DNA of 64,000 nt from an uncultured Oscillospiraceae bacterium. Its GTDB lineage: Bacteria; Bacillota; Clostridia; Oscillospirales; Oscillospiraceae. Below are positions 27,678-37,809 of the stretch, in pieces. Made by a program: the position numbers and the translations under genes. The notes below the pieces were generated by a model that saw nothing but the letters and a program-made list of their open reading frames with translations, ran no database searches and was not told where the DNA came from. Location: contig CAKTTR010000001.1 in the NCBI GenBank assembly GCA_934615645.1, positions 15,475-79,474 on the forward strand, read 5' to 3'. Within the stretch, counting starts at the first letter, position 1. Every line of letters starts with the position of its first letter.

Positions 27678-28715
27678 ATGCTCTATAAAGATTTGATGGA
27701 CAAGCTGATGCTGGGGCAGGACCTGACCCGGGCGGAGCTGGAGCGGACCATTGCCGGGATCATGACCCAGGAGCTGACCCAGGTCCAGGTGCTGGGCTTT
27801 CAGATGGCCTTTTTGATGAAGGGGCCGACGCCTCAGGAGCTGGCGGACTATGCCCACGCCATGCGGGCCAACTGTGCGTCCATCGACGCTGCCGCCTTTG
27901 GCCCGGCGCTGGATATCGCCGCCACCGGCGCGGGCGAGCGAGCGGGCCGGTTGGCGCCTGCTGTCGCCCTGCTGGCGGCAGCGCCGGGCGCGCCGGTCAT
28001 CAAGCAGGTGCGCACCAGCGTGCCGGGGTATTTCGGCAGCGCAGGCGTCCTGGCGGCGCTGGGCATTGACGTGGCGGGATCGGAAGCCGAGGCCAGGGCC
28101 CAGCTGGCGGCGGCGCAGACAGCATTTTTGGCCCCCCGGGCTTTTCACCCGTCGCTGGCCCAGACGCTCAATGATGAGACGGAGGCCCAGATCCGGGCGC
28201 TGACCCAGACGATCATCGGCCCGCTGATGAATCCGGCGGCGATCTCCTATCTGCTTTTGGGGGTCCATGACCGGGAGACACTGGAAATTTTGCAGGAGGC
28301 GATCCCGGTGCTCCCCGGCCTGCGGGCGCTGCTGGTGCAGGGCGCAGACGGGGCAGACAGCATCACGCTGGATGGCCCGGCCGATCTTCTGCGCTGGGAC
28401 GGCGCTGCCTGGCAGGCCCAGACGGTAACGCCTGCGGATCTGGGGCTGCGCGCCTGCTCCTGGACCCTGCAAAAGACGGAGAAGGACGCCGAGACAGCGC
28501 AGCAGATCACCGCGCTGCTGCGGGGCGAGGTGCGCGATGCCCGGCGGGATGTCCTGCTTGCCAATACGGCTGCGGCCCTTTGGGTCAGCGGTCAGGCAGA
28601 GGACCTGGCAGATGGGGTCTGCCTGGCTGCGGCTCGGCTGGACCGGGGCGACGGCGCGCGCCGCCTGGAAGCACTGCAGACACTGCACCGAGACGCGGTG
28701 CGGGAAAAGGGATAA
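27678..28715 (+). CDS. anthranilate phosphoribosyltransferase-fold protein (glycosyltransferase family 3) with degenerate active-site motifs
   Basis: Colinear with TrpD over its full length, but GTGGD is ATGAGE, KHGNRSVSS is KQVRTSVPG, and the GLDE acidic motif is GADS. No other trp genes nearby. Confidence 0.7.
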   Translation: MLYKDLMDKLMLGQDLTRAELERTIAGIMTQELTQVQVLGFQMAFLMKGPTPQELADYAHAMRANCASIDAAAFGPALDIAATGAGERAGRLAPAVALLAAAPGAPVIKQVRTSVPGYFGSAGVLAALGIDVAGSEAEARAQLAAAQTAFLAPRAFHPSLAQTLNDETEAQIRALTQTIIGPLMNPAAISYLLLGVHDRETLEILQEAIPVLPGLRALLVQGADGADSITLDGPADLLRWDGAAWQAQTVTPADLGLRACSWTLQKTEKDAETAQQITALLRGEVRDARRDVLLANTAAALWVSGQAEDLADGVCLAAARLDRGDGARRLEALQTLHRDAVREKG

Positions 28716-28720
28716 AACAA

Positions 28721-28765
28721 AGAATAAGACCTTGGAGAGCCAACAGCTTTCCAAGGTCTTATTCT
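28721..28765. terminator. bidirectional terminator (TrpD-like / uvrB)
   Basis: 16-bp stem AGAATAAGACCTTGGA / TCCAAGGTCTTATTCT. Confidence 0.8.
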
Positions 28766-30772
28766 TTAAAAATGCTTGGGCGGTTTCCGCTTGGGGTGCG
28801 GGCTGGCGGGGCTCTCGGGCTGGGTCTTGCGCAGGGCGATGATCTGGTCGCGCAGGACGGCAGCGTACTCGTACTCCATCATCCGGGCGGCCTCCTTCAT
28901 CTGCTTTTCCAGCTTGGCGATCTCGGCTTCCCGGTCGGCCTTCGTCCGCAGCTGGCGGCGGCGGTCGACCCCGGCGTCCTTGGAGATCTCGATGAGGGCG
29001 CGGACGTCCTTGATGATTGTCTTGGGGACGATGCCGTGGGCGTCGTTATACGCCTGCTGGTAGCTGCGGCGGCGGGCTGTCTCGTCCATAGCGCTGCGCA
29101 TGGCGGCGGTGATATGGTCGGCGTAGAGAATGACCCGGCCCCCGGCGTTTCGGGCGGCGCGGCCGATGGTCTGGACCAAGCTGGTCTCACTGCGGAGGAA
29201 GCCCTCCTTGTCGGCGTCTAAGATCGCCACCCGGGAGACCTCTGGCAGGTCCAGCCCCTCCCGCAGCAGGTTGATGCCGACGAGGACATCGAATTTCGCC
29301 AGCCGCAGGTCGCGGATGAGCTCCATGCGCTCCATCGCGTCGATGCCGGAGTGCATATAGCGGACGCGGATGCCCGCCTTTTGCAGATAGACTGTCAGGT
29401 CTTCGGCCATTTTCTTTGTCAGCGTGGTGATCAGCACCCGCTCCTGCCGGGCTGTCACAGTGTGGATCTCCTGGATGAGATCGTCGATCTGCCCGGCAAT
29501 GGGGCGGACGCAGACCTCCGGGTCCAGCAGGCCGGTGGGGCGGATGAGCTGCTCGGCGACCTGCCCGGCGCGGCTGCGTTCATACTCCGCCGGGGTGGCG
29601 GAGACATAGATGACCTGGCCGATCTTTTTCTGAAATTCCTCAAAATTCAAGGGGCGGTTGTCAAAAGCGGAGGGCAGGCGGAAGCCGTAGCGGACGAGAC
29701 TCTCCTTCCGGGAACGGTCGCCTGCGTACATGGCCCGCACCTGGGGCAGGGTAACGTGGCTTTCGTCGATCATCAGCAAGAAGTCGTCGGGCATATAGTC
29801 CAGCAGCGTCATCGGCGCGGAGCCGGGGGCGCGGCCGGAGATCACCCGGGAGTAATTCTCGATTCCGGAGCAGAAGCCGATCTCCTGCATCATCTCAATG
29901 TCGTAGCTCGTGCGCTGGCGAATGCGCTGCGCCTCCAAAAGCATATCATTTTCTTCGAAATATTTGACCCGTTCCTCCATTTCTCGCTCGATTTCCACGA
30001 TGGCGCGCTGCATTTTTTCCTTTGTGGCGACATAGTGGCTGGCGGGATAAATGGCGACATGCTCCAGGATCCGGTTCGGCATCCCTGTGACGGCATTGAT
30101 CTCAGAGATGCGGTCGATCTCATCGCCGAAGAATTCGACGCGGATGGCCCGCCCGGCCCAGTAGGTGGGGTAGATCTCCACGGTGTCGCCCCGGACGCGG
30201 AAGGTGTTTCGGGTGAAATTGACATCGTTGCGCTCATAGCGGATCTCCGTCAGCTTGCGCAGCAGCTCCACCTGGGAGCGTTCCTGCCCGGTGCGGAGGG
30301 AGATGACCATGTTTTTGTAATCGATGGGGTCGCCCAAGCCGTAAATGCAGGAGACAGAGGCCACGACGATCACGTCCCGCCGCTCAAACAGCGACGATGT
30401 CGCGCTGTGCCGCAGGCGCTCGATCTCGTCGTTGATAGAAGAATCCTTCTCAATATACGTGTCCGTATGGGCGATATAGGCCTCGGGCTGATAATAGTCA
30501 TAGTAGGAGATGAAATATTCCACGGCGTTTTCCGGGAAAAACTCCTTAAATTCCGCGCAGAGCTGGGCGGCCAGCGTCTTGTTATGGGCCAGCACCAGCG
30601 TGGGCCGGTTGACAGACTGGATGACATTGGCCATGGTAAAGGTCTTGCCGGAGCCCGTCACGCCCAGCAGGATCTGCTCGGAAAGACCGGCGTTCAGGCC
30701 CTGGACCAGCGTATCAATGGCCCGGGGCTGGTCGCCCATCGGCTGGTAGGGCGCGTGCAGTTTAAAATCCAT
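28766..30772 (-). CDS. uvrB: excinuclease ABC subunit B
   Basis: [28 protein letters not shown] helicase motif I, DESH, C-terminal UVR domain ([11 protein letters not shown]). Confidence 0.97.
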   Translation of the reverse strand: MDFKLHAPYQPMGDQPRAIDTLVQGLNAGLSEQILLGVTGSGKTFTMANVIQSVNRPTLVLAHNKTLAAQLCAEFKEFFPENAVEYFISYYDYYQPEAYIAHTDTYIEKDSSINDEIERLRHSATSSLFERRDVIVVASVSCIYGLGDPIDYKNMVISLRTGQERSQVELLRKLTEIRYERNDVNFTRNTFRVRGDTVEIYPTYWAGRAIRVEFFGDEIDRISEINAVTGMPNRILEHVAIYPASHYVATKEKMQRAIVEIEREMEERVKYFEENDMLLEAQRIRQRTSYDIEMMQEIGFCSGIENYSRVISGRAPGSAPMTLLDYMPDDFLLMIDESHVTLPQVRAMYAGDRSRKESLVRYGFRLPSAFDNRPLNFEEFQKKIGQVIYVSATPAEYERSRAGQVAEQLIRPTGLLDPEVCVRPIAGQIDDLIQEIHTVTARQERVLITTLTKKMAEDLTVYLQKAGIRVRYMHSGIDAMERMELIRDLRLAKFDVLVGINLLREGLDLPEVSRVAILDADKEGFLRSETSLVQTIGRAARNAGGRVILYADHITAAMRSAMDETARRRSYQQAYNDAHGIVPKTIIKDVRALIEISKDAGVDRRRQLRTKADREAEIAKLEKQMKEAARMMEYEYAAVLRDQIIALRKTQPESPASPHPKRKPPKHF

Positions 30773-30845
30773 GTGGTTCCCTCCTCCGGTGAAAAACGGT
30801 TTGGCCGCCTCCTAGTATAGCACGAGCGCCTGGCGGCGGCAAGGC

Positions 30846-32609
30846 TTAGGCCTGCTTGAATTGGCTGTAGTAAAGTGTCGCGTAGAAGCCGCCCTGGGCC
30901 AGCAGCACAGCGTGGTTCCCCTGCTCGACGATCTTGCCGTCCCGCATGACGAGGATGATATCGGCGTCCTGGATCGTAGAGAGCCGATGGGCGACGACGA
31001 AGGAGGTCCGGTCCTGCATCAGGGTCTCGAAGGCCTGCTGGATCTGCATCTCCGTGCGGGTGTCGATGCTGGAGGTGGCTTCGTCCAGGATCAGCATCGG
31101 CGGCAGGCAGAGCATGACCCGGGCGATGCACAAAAGCTGCCGCTGCCCCTGGCTGATGGCATCGCCGGTGAGGACGGTATCCAGCCCCTGGGGCAGCTGC
31201 TGGATGAAGCCCCAGCAGTGGGCGGCCTTGGCGGCTTGGATGATCGCGTCCTCCGGGGCGTCCGGGCGGCCAAAGGCAATGTTCTCCCGGACGGTTCCGC
31301 CTTTGATCCAGGTATCCTGCAGGACCATGCCGAAGCTACGGCGCAGTGCGGCCCGGGGCATCGCCGTGACCGGCGTGCCGTCCACGGTGATGCGGCCGCC
31401 GTCCGGCTCGTAAAAGCGCATCAGAAGATTGATGAGCGTCGTCTTGCCGCAGCCGGTGGGGCCGACGATGGCGACCCGCTGCCCGGGCTGGACGGTCAGA
31501 TTCAGGTCCGTGATCAGGGGGCGGGTCTTGTCGTAGCTGAACTGAAGCTGCTCCAGCGTCACTGCGCCCTGGACCGGCTCCGGCGCTGCCATGACGGCGG
31601 CCGGTGGGTCCTCTGGCTCTGCCGGTTCTGCCAGCAGGGAGAAGATCCGGTCCGCGCAGGCCAGCGCATTTTGAAATTCTGTGACGACGGCGCTGATGTC
31701 GTTAAATGGTTTCATATACTGGTTGGCATAGGCCAGGAGGACCGTCAGGCCGCCGACGGTCAGGCTGCCGCCGGGGATCAGGAAGATGCCCAGCAGCGCC
31801 ACCCCGGCATAGATCAGGCTGTTGACAAACCGGGTGGAGGGGTTGGTCAGGCTGCTGTAAAACACGGCCTGCTGGCTGCATTGCATCAGGTCCTCGTTGA
31901 TGGCGGCAAAGCGGCGGGAGGCAGTCTCGGTGTAGTCGAAGGCTTGGACTAATTTTTGCCCGCCGATCATCTCGTCCACCAGCGCGGTCTGCTTGCCCCG
32001 CAGCACGCTCTGCTGCTGGAACAGCCGGAACGAGCGGCTGGAGATAAACCGGGCGACCAGAAAGCTCAGCGGGGTCAGGACCACGACCAGCAGCGAGACA
32101 GAGAGGTTTTTGGAGAACATGAACACCAGCGTGACGGCGATGGTCAAAATGCCCGTCAGCAGCTGGGTAAAGCCCAGCAGCAGGCCGTCGCTGATGACGT
32201 CGATATCTGCCGTGATGCGGCTGACCAGGTCGCCGACGGTGTGGCCGTCCAGGTAGGAGAGCGGCAGCTTTTGCAGATGGCGGATGCTCTCATCCCGCAG
32301 CGACTGCACGGTCCGATACGTGATGCGGTTGTTGATGCGGTTAGAGATCCAGTTGCTCACGGCGGACAGCGCCACCAGGATGCTGATCTCCTGCAGATAA
32401 CGGGCGAGACGGGCAAAGTGGACCTCCCCGGCCCCGGCGATCTGGTCGATGGCATCGCCAAAGAGAATGGGGACATACAGCTGCAGCACGACGGTAGCGG
32501 CGGTGAGCAGGGTGCTGACTACCAGCGCGGGCCAGGCGCGGCCAATGCGCCGCAGCAGCTGGGCCAGGCTGGCCCGCTGGGCAGAGCGTTTGGAAGATGC
32601 GTTAGCCAT
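30846..32609 (-). CDS. ABC exporter permease/ATPase, canonical Walker B, degenerate signature (heterodimer partner 2)
   Basis: 6-TM domain + NBD with GPTGCGKTT, ISQGQRQLL (degenerate LSGGQ) and MLILDEATSSID; start MANASSK at 32609 overlapping the upstream gene's stop by 8 nt. Confidence 0.88.
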   Translation of the reverse strand: MANASSKRSAQRASLAQLLRRIGRAWPALVVSTLLTAATVVLQLYVPILFGDAIDQIAGAGEVHFARLARYLQEISILVALSAVSNWISNRINNRITYRTVQSLRDESIRHLQKLPLSYLDGHTVGDLVSRITADIDVISDGLLLGFTQLLTGILTIAVTLVFMFSKNLSVSLLVVVLTPLSFLVARFISSRSFRLFQQQSVLRGKQTALVDEMIGGQKLVQAFDYTETASRRFAAINEDLMQCSQQAVFYSSLTNPSTRFVNSLIYAGVALLGIFLIPGGSLTVGGLTVLLAYANQYMKPFNDISAVVTEFQNALACADRIFSLLAEPAEPEDPPAAVMAAPEPVQGAVTLEQLQFSYDKTRPLITDLNLTVQPGQRVAIVGPTGCGKTTLINLLMRFYEPDGGRITVDGTPVTAMPRAALRRSFGMVLQDTWIKGGTVRENIAFGRPDAPEDAIIQAAKAAHCWGFIQQLPQGLDTVLTGDAISQGQRQLLCIARVMLCLPPMLILDEATSSIDTRTEMQIQQAFETLMQDRTSFVVAHRLSTIQDADIILVMRDGKIVEQGNHAVLLAQGGFYATLYYSQFKQA

Positions 32610-34353
32610 GAGACATCCCTCCTTGCTGCTGCGCCGCGTCCTGCGGGAATTGGGTGCGGTAGATCTCCTGATATACGGGGCACTGGGCCAGCAGCGCCGT
32701 ATGGTCGCCGCAGCCAGCCAGGGCACCGCCGTCGAGAACGAGAATTTGATCCGCCTGGCGGACGCTGGCGATGCGCTGGGAGATGACAAAGACCGTTGTA
32801 TCGTGCAGCTGGTGCAGGGCCTGGCGCAGCGCGGCGTCTGTTGCGTAGTCCAGCGCGCTGGCGCTGTCGTCCAGGATCAGGAGCTTCGGCTGCCGGACAA
32901 GCGCCCGGGCGATGGTCAGCCGCTGCTTTTGCCCCCCGGAGAGGTTCCGGCCGCCCTGTTCCAGAACAAAATCCAGGCCGCCGGGCTTGTCCTCGACGGT
33001 TTGGCGGGCCTGGGCGACGGTCAGGGCCTGCCAGAGAGCCTCATCGGCGGCGCCCTGGTCGCCCCAGCGGAGGTTGTCCCGGATCGTGCCGGAAAACAGA
33101 GCCGCCTGCTGGGGCACGACGGCGATCTGGCGGCGGAGCGTGGCCTGGTCATAGCGACGGATATCCTCCCCCCAGAGCAGGACGCGGCCGGAGGAGACAT
33201 CGTAAAAGCGGCAGAGCAGATGGGCCAGTGTGCTTTTGCCGCTGCCGGTGCCGCCGATAATCCCGACCGTCTGCCCGGGCTGGGCGGAAAAGCTGATGTT
33301 CCGCAAGCTGGGTGCACCTGCGCTGGGGTAGGTGAAGCTGACATCTTCAAATGTCACCGCCGGGGTGCCCGGGGCAGCCTGGGGTGCTGGCGCTGTGCCA
33401 TTTGCCATCGAGGGATGCACCTGGAACAGGCTGGCGGCCCGCCGGGCGCAGGCGACAGATTTATTCAGCGTGATGACCATGGTGGCGAGCTTGATGAGCT
33501 CCACCAGGATCTGGAGCATATAGTTATACAGCGCGACAGCCTGCCCCTGGGAGAGCCGCCCGAGCTCGACCTGTAGTCCGGCCTGCCGGATGAGCAGGAC
33601 GGTGGCCAAATTGATGAGCACGTAGGTTACCGGGTTCATCAGGGCGGAGAGCTTGCCCACCTGCAGGTTTAGCCGGGTCAGTGCCTCGTTGCTGGCAGCA
33701 AACTCCGCCACGGAGGCGTCCTCCCGGCAAAAGGCCCGGATGACCCGGGCACCGGTCAGGTTTTCGCGGGTCAGCGCCGTGACCCGGTCCAGCCCCGCCT
33801 GGACTTTGCCAAACAGGGGCACGCTCCGGAGCATAATCCCGAGGATGACCAGAAACAGCACCGGGATGGCGACAGCGAAGACAAGGGCGCAGCGGGTGTC
33901 AATGGTAAAGGAGAAGACCAGGGCGCCCAGCACGATAAACGGGCTGCGCAACAGCAGTCGCAGGCTTAGATTCAGGCCTGTCTGGACTTGGTTGACATCG
34001 TCCGTCAGCCGGGTGATGAGGGTGTCGCTGCCCAGAGCGTCCAGCTCCGGGAAGGAGAGCGTTTGGATATGGTCAAACAGCGCCTGCCGCAGGCCGCCGG
34101 CAAAGCCGACGCTGGCTTTGGCTGCAAAAAACTGGGCGACGACGCTGAAGCCCAGACCGACGGCGGCCATGCCTAGCAGCGCGGCAAAATAGAGGAGCAC
34201 GGTACGCCTGCCGCTGCCCAGGGCCCCGGTGTCGATCATCGCGGCTACGACGATGGGGACGAGCAGGTCCAGCAGCGCCTCCAGAAGCTTGAACAGCGGG
34301 GCGAGAATACTCTGCGCTCGGTAAGGTTTTAAATAGATCCCAAGACTTCGCAT
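32602..34353 (-). CDS. ABC exporter permease/ATPase with non-catalytic Walker B (heterodimer partner 1)
   Basis: GGTGSGKST, LSGGQKQRLTIARAL, LLILDDSASALD (Asp replaces the catalytic Glu), as in LmrCD/BmrCD-type asymmetric heterodimers; start MRSLGIYLKPY at 34353. Confidence 0.88.
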   Translation of the reverse strand: MRSLGIYLKPYRAQSILAPLFKLLEALLDLLVPIVVAAMIDTGALGSGRRTVLLYFAALLGMAAVGLGFSVVAQFFAAKASVGFAGGLRQALFDHIQTLSFPELDALGSDTLITRLTDDVNQVQTGLNLSLRLLLRSPFIVLGALVFSFTIDTRCALVFAVAIPVLFLVILGIMLRSVPLFGKVQAGLDRVTALTRENLTGARVIRAFCREDASVAEFAASNEALTRLNLQVGKLSALMNPVTYVLINLATVLLIRQAGLQVELGRLSQGQAVALYNYMLQILVELIKLATMVITLNKSVACARRAASLFQVHPSMANGTAPAPQAAPGTPAVTFEDVSFTYPSAGAPSLRNISFSAQPGQTVGIIGGTGSGKSTLAHLLCRFYDVSSGRVLLWGEDIRRYDQATLRRQIAVVPQQAALFSGTIRDNLRWGDQGAADEALWQALTVAQARQTVEDKPGGLDFVLEQGGRNLSGGQKQRLTIARALVRQPKLLILDDSASALDYATDAALRQALHQLHDTTVFVISQRIASVRQADQILVLDGGALAGCGDHTALLAQCPVYQEIYRTQFPQDAAQQQGGMSHG

Positions 34354-34443
34354 GTGGTGACTCCGTTTCGTGTGTTTCGTGTAATTGCTGTAAATTCTCC
34401 CGATGCGGCTGCGTATAGCTTGCCCACCGGCGGGAAAATGATG

Positions 34444-34480
34444 AAAAAGGGACCCCCGGCGCACTGTAGCCGCCGGGGGT
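34444..34480 (-). terminator. terminator after jag
   Basis: ACCCCCGGCGG / CGCCGGGGGT hairpin on the - strand followed by CCCTTTTT. Confidence 0.75.
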
Positions 34481-34490
34481 GAGAAACGTG

Positions 34491-35405
34491 TTATTGCTTT
34501 TCGTCGAAATTGCGGTAGCGGCTATAGGCCACGACAATCCGGCGATTGGGCTCCGTGCCGGTGGAGAAGGTGGTGACGTCCGGCATATCCTGCAGGGCGG
34601 CGTGGATCACATGGCGCTCATAAGCGTTCATGGGCTCCAGGGTGATGTTTCTGCGGTATTTCGTCACCTTTGCGCCGACCTTTTTAGCCAGGCGCTGCAG
34701 GGATTCTTCCCGCTTTGCCCGGTAGGACTCAGCGTCGACATTGATGCGGACCCGCTTTGTCTCGCCGCGGTTGACGGCGTAGTTTGTCAGGTGCTGGATC
34801 GCGTCGAGGGTGTCGCCGCGGCGGCCGATGAGCGCGCCCAGGTTTTCACCGACGAGCTCAACCATGTAAGTGTCTTCTCCGGTCGCGACGGCGTGGGGCA
34901 CGGCATCCGAGCCCATGTGGGTTAGCAGGCCCTGCATAAAGGCTTCGATCCGGGCTTCCATCGAGCCGGGGGCGGCCACAGGGTATTCCTTCGGGGGGGC
35001 CTTCGGCGCAGCGGGCTTGGCTTCCTGCTGCGGCGCGGGGCGCTTTTCCTGCTGCGGCCGGGCGGGCTTCTTTTCTGCGGGCTTTGCAGGCGATGCAGGT
35101 GCAGCGGACGCCTGTGCGGCAGGCTGCTTGGCGGCAGGCTTTTCTTCCTTCGGCAGCCGCTGCTTTTTCGGCTTGGAGCGGGAGGCGGCGGACAGTGCCG
35201 GGGCGGGCGCTGCTTCTGCTTCCGCATCCGGCGCTTCGTAGGTCACTTTGACCTTGGCCGGGCTGGCGCCGATGCCCAGGAAGCCGGATTTTGCATTTTC
35301 CAGGACCTCGACGGAGACTGCGTCGCGGTCCATTTTCAGTTCGTTCAAAGCGGCCTGGATCGCCAGGTCAATGGTTTTTCCGGTTGCGATAATACTTTTT
35401 TCCAT
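34491..35405 (-). CDS. jag: Jag/KhpB (SpoIIIJ-associated) RNA-binding protein with KH and R3H domains
   Basis: Jag_N (IIATGKTIDLAIQAALNEL), Ala/Pro/Lys-rich linker, KH, C-terminal R3H (LEPMNAYERHVIHAAL); downstream of yidC. Confidence 0.9.
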   Translation of the reverse strand: MEKSIIATGKTIDLAIQAALNELKMDRDAVSVEVLENAKSGFLGIGASPAKVKVTYEAPDAEAEAAPAPALSAASRSKPKKQRLPKEEKPAAKQPAAQASAAPASPAKPAEKKPARPQQEKRPAPQQEAKPAAPKAPPKEYPVAAPGSMEARIEAFMQGLLTHMGSDAVPHAVATGEDTYMVELVGENLGALIGRRGDTLDAIQHLTNYAVNRGETKRVRINVDAESYRAKREESLQRLAKKVGAKVTKYRRNITLEPMNAYERHVIHAALQDMPDVTTFSTGTEPNRRIVVAYSRYRNFDEKQ

Positions 35406-35417
35406 GGTACGCTCCTG

Positions 35418-36662
35418 TTATTCCTTCGCAGAGCCGTTGGGCTTCTGGTAGCGGTCGGCCTTATAGGCACGGCCCCGGGCGTAGGTGCGCTCGCCGACGG
35501 CGGCGTCGCTCTGTTCCTGCGGCGCGGCCTCTGGAGCGGCCCCTGTTTCCTCGGCGTGCTTGCGGGCGTATGCCTTGGCGGCTGCTTCTGCTTCTTCCTT
35601 CTGCCGCTGCTGCAGCTTCTTCTTGCTGGTGTTTTCCACGGCAAGATCGGGGTTCTTTTCCCGGCGCAGTGCGCGTCTCTTCTCTTTTTCCGCTTCGATC
35701 TGGGCCAATTCTGCGGCGCGCTTGCGCTTTTCCTCGTCCTCGGCGTCGTAGATCTTCCGGTAGTGCTTTGTCAGGAAATAGTCCTGGATCATGCCGAATA
35801 CAGCCTGGGCGATCCAGTAAACGGAGATGGCGGCGGGCATGGTGAAGCAGAAGACCAGCGACATGATGGGCATAAACAGCATCATGGACTTATTGGTCTG
35901 GTTTGCCATGGCGGCAGCTGCGTCATCCCGCTCACCCTGGGCGTTGGTTGCGACCTGGTTGTTCATCTTCTGGCTCAGCAGCATCGAGAGCATCTGCGTC
36001 AGCGCAGCGACGATCGGCAGGACGACCAGGCCGATGGCGGCCCAGTTCAGGTTTTCAATTTTCCAGATCTTCCAGTCCGGCACCTGCCCCAGGTCGATGC
36101 CCAGGAAGTTGAAATTCAGGCTGTGCAGGGTCTTGCCGAGGTCCGGCACCCAGTCTTTGATCTGGTCTGCATATTCGCCGACATGGCTGGCGGCGATCAT
36201 CTGATGGTAGTAGTCGTTGGCGTGCTCAAAGAGCGACGGGGCTGCTTTTTTAATGCCCTCCAGAATGAGCGCCGCATTCTCGCTGGAAACGTGCATCATA
36301 TACTGGATGGGCTGACGGATGACCTGGTACAGCGGGATGATCACGATCAGGGGGATCAGAGACCACAGGCAGCCGCCGGTCATCGAAACGTTTTCGTCCT
36401 TATAGAGCTTTTGGACCGCTTTTTGATAGGATTCTTTGTCGTCGCCGTATTTGAGCTCCAGCAGCTTGACCTGCGGGGAGATACGCGACATTTTCATCAT
36501 GCTCTTTTTGCTCTTGGCGCTGGTAGGATAGAGAATCAGCTTCAGGACCAGGGAGAACAGGATGAGGGCCAGGCCGTAGTTTGCTGTCCAGTTGTACAGC
36601 CACTCCAGCACATAGCCAAATGGGACTTTGATAATATCCCAAAAGCCGAATGCTAGGATCAT
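35418..36662 (-). CDS. yidC: membrane protein insertase YidC/SpoIIIJ with long basic C-terminal tail
   Basis: 60-kDa inner-membrane insertase core (NYGLALILFSLVLKLILYP, MMKMSRISPQVK), K/E/A-rich tail. Confidence 0.92.
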   Translation of the reverse strand: MILAFGFWDIIKVPFGYVLEWLYNWTANYGLALILFSLVLKLILYPTSAKSKKSMMKMSRISPQVKLLELKYGDDKESYQKAVQKLYKDENVSMTGGCLWSLIPLIVIIPLYQVIRQPIQYMMHVSSENAALILEGIKKAAPSLFEHANDYYHQMIAASHVGEYADQIKDWVPDLGKTLHSLNFNFLGIDLGQVPDWKIWKIENLNWAAIGLVVLPIVAALTQMLSMLLSQKMNNQVATNAQGERDDAAAAMANQTNKSMMLFMPIMSLVFCFTMPAAISVYWIAQAVFGMIQDYFLTKHYRKIYDAEDEEKRKRAAELAQIEAEKEKRRALRREKNPDLAVENTSKKKLQQRQKEEAEAAAKAYARKHAEETGAAPEAAPQEQSDAAVGERTYARGRAYKADRYQKPNGSAKE

Positions 36663-36689
36663 GTTTTTCCTCCGTTGTGTGTGCGCGCC

Positions 36690-36902
36690 CTAGGGCACTG
36701 GATCGAAATAGTCCCCTTTGTAAAAGGGATTGCATCGGATGAGCCGCCGCAATGCCAAACGGCCGCCCTTCCACGCGCCGTATTTTGCCACTGCCTCGTA
36801 GGCATACTGGCTGCAGGTGGGGGAAAAACGGCAGCGGGCGGGAAAGGCCGGGGAAATACAGCGCTGGTAGAATCGGATCAATTTGAGTAAAACGCGCTTC
36901 AC
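36690..36902 (-). CDS. yidD: membrane protein insertion efficiency factor
   Basis: [25 protein letters not shown] signature; GTG start overlapping the rnpA stop. Confidence 0.9.
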   Translation of the reverse strand: MKRVLLKLIRFYQRCISPAFPARCRFSPTCSQYAYEAVAKYGAWKGGRLALRRLIRCNPFYKGDYFDPVP

Positions 36903-37252
36903 CCTTCTTCGTCCTTTCCGACAAGGATTCCCAGACGCTTGGCTGCTCCCAGGTACGCCGATTGCAGTGCGCCGAAGTCCGCCGTCACGGCGCGGCTTCT
37001 GGCGACGACGACGATGTCGTAGCCGGGGCGGAAGCGGCTCTCATTGAGCCGGTAGACCTCCCGCAGGCGGCGGCGTGCCCGATTGCGCACAACGGCCTTG
37101 CCCAGCTTTTTGCCGACGGTGATCCCAACGCGGTTTTCCTGCAGATGGTTGGGCTGGCAGTAGAGCACCAGGTAACGGTTCACGGCGGAATCGCCGCGGT
37201 TATAGAGCTTCCGGAAGACATGATTCAGTTTCAAAGATCTGGAGAAGCGCAT
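36899..37252 (-). CDS. rnpA: ribonuclease P protein component
   Basis: Basic 117-aa protein, [20 protein letters not shown] motif; start MRFSRSLK at 37252. Confidence 0.92.
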   Translation of the reverse strand: MRFSRSLKLNHVFRKLYNRGDSAVNRYLVLYCQPNHLQENRVGITVGKKLGKAVVRNRARRRLREVYRLNESRFRPGYDIVVVARSRAVTADFGALQSAYLGAAKRLGILVGKDEEG

Positions 37253-37387
37253 AATAACCTCCCGCAGCCCGGCAAACGCACTGCCGTGCCGACGCGCCGG
37301 AAAAGCAATGGGCGAATAGATATACATCTACTCGCCCTTAACATCTCATTAGCATCTGGATTGAGCATTGTTTTGCGGCCAGGGCTT

Positions 37388-37522
37388 TTAAGCAGACAAC
37401 TTGGCTCTGCCCTTGGCACGACGGCGTGCAAGAACTTTCCGGCCGTTGGCAGTTGCCATTCTCTTTCTGAACCCATGCACTTTGGATCTGTGGCGCTTCT
37501 TGGGCTGATAGGTACGCAGCAT
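37388..37522 (-). CDS. rpmH: 50S ribosomal protein L34
   Basis: [52 protein letters not shown]. Confidence 0.97.
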   Translation of the reverse strand: MLRTYQPKKRHRSKVHGFRKRMATANGRKVLARRRAKGRAKLSA

Positions 37523-37617
37523 TGTATACACCTCCTGAAAAAATATGCTCAACAGCTGTCTCCAGCCGCAGCGAGTCCCGTAAAATACCCCTCGTAGGAT
37601 GGGGTCATACAATCAGT

Positions 37618-37646
37618 ATTATAACGGCTGTTTGCGGTTTGGTCAA
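37618..37646 (-). promoter_or_regulatory. rpmH operon promoter
   Basis: On the - strand TTGACC (37641-37646), 17 nt, TATAAT (37618-37623). Confidence 0.65.
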
Positions 37647-37748
37647 TCATTTTTTTAAGAAATACGAATTTTTCGCCGGATTTTTCGGAAACCACAAAAT
37701 CTGGGGCTGCGCCTGCTAGATATTGGGGAGCCCGGCGGCCCGGTCGAC

Positions 37749-37776
37749 TTGACAGACCCGGGTTTTATGATAAAAT
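37749..37776 (+). promoter_or_regulatory. lar operon promoter
   Basis: TTGACA 37749-37754, 16 nt, TGaTAAAAT (TAAAAT at 37771-37776). Confidence 0.6.
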
Positions 37777-37809
37777 CAGCGTAACAGAGGCGGAAAGGTG
37801 GGGCTTGAG

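Noticed and set aside
37523-37797. Expected oriC / dnaA next to the rpmH-rnpA-yidC-jag cluster
   Set aside because: The gene upstream of rpmH is larE, not dnaA. I found no TTATCCACA-like DnaA boxes (at most 1 mismatch) or AT-rich unwinding element in this 275-bp spacer. I make no origin claim; the origin may lie elsewhere.
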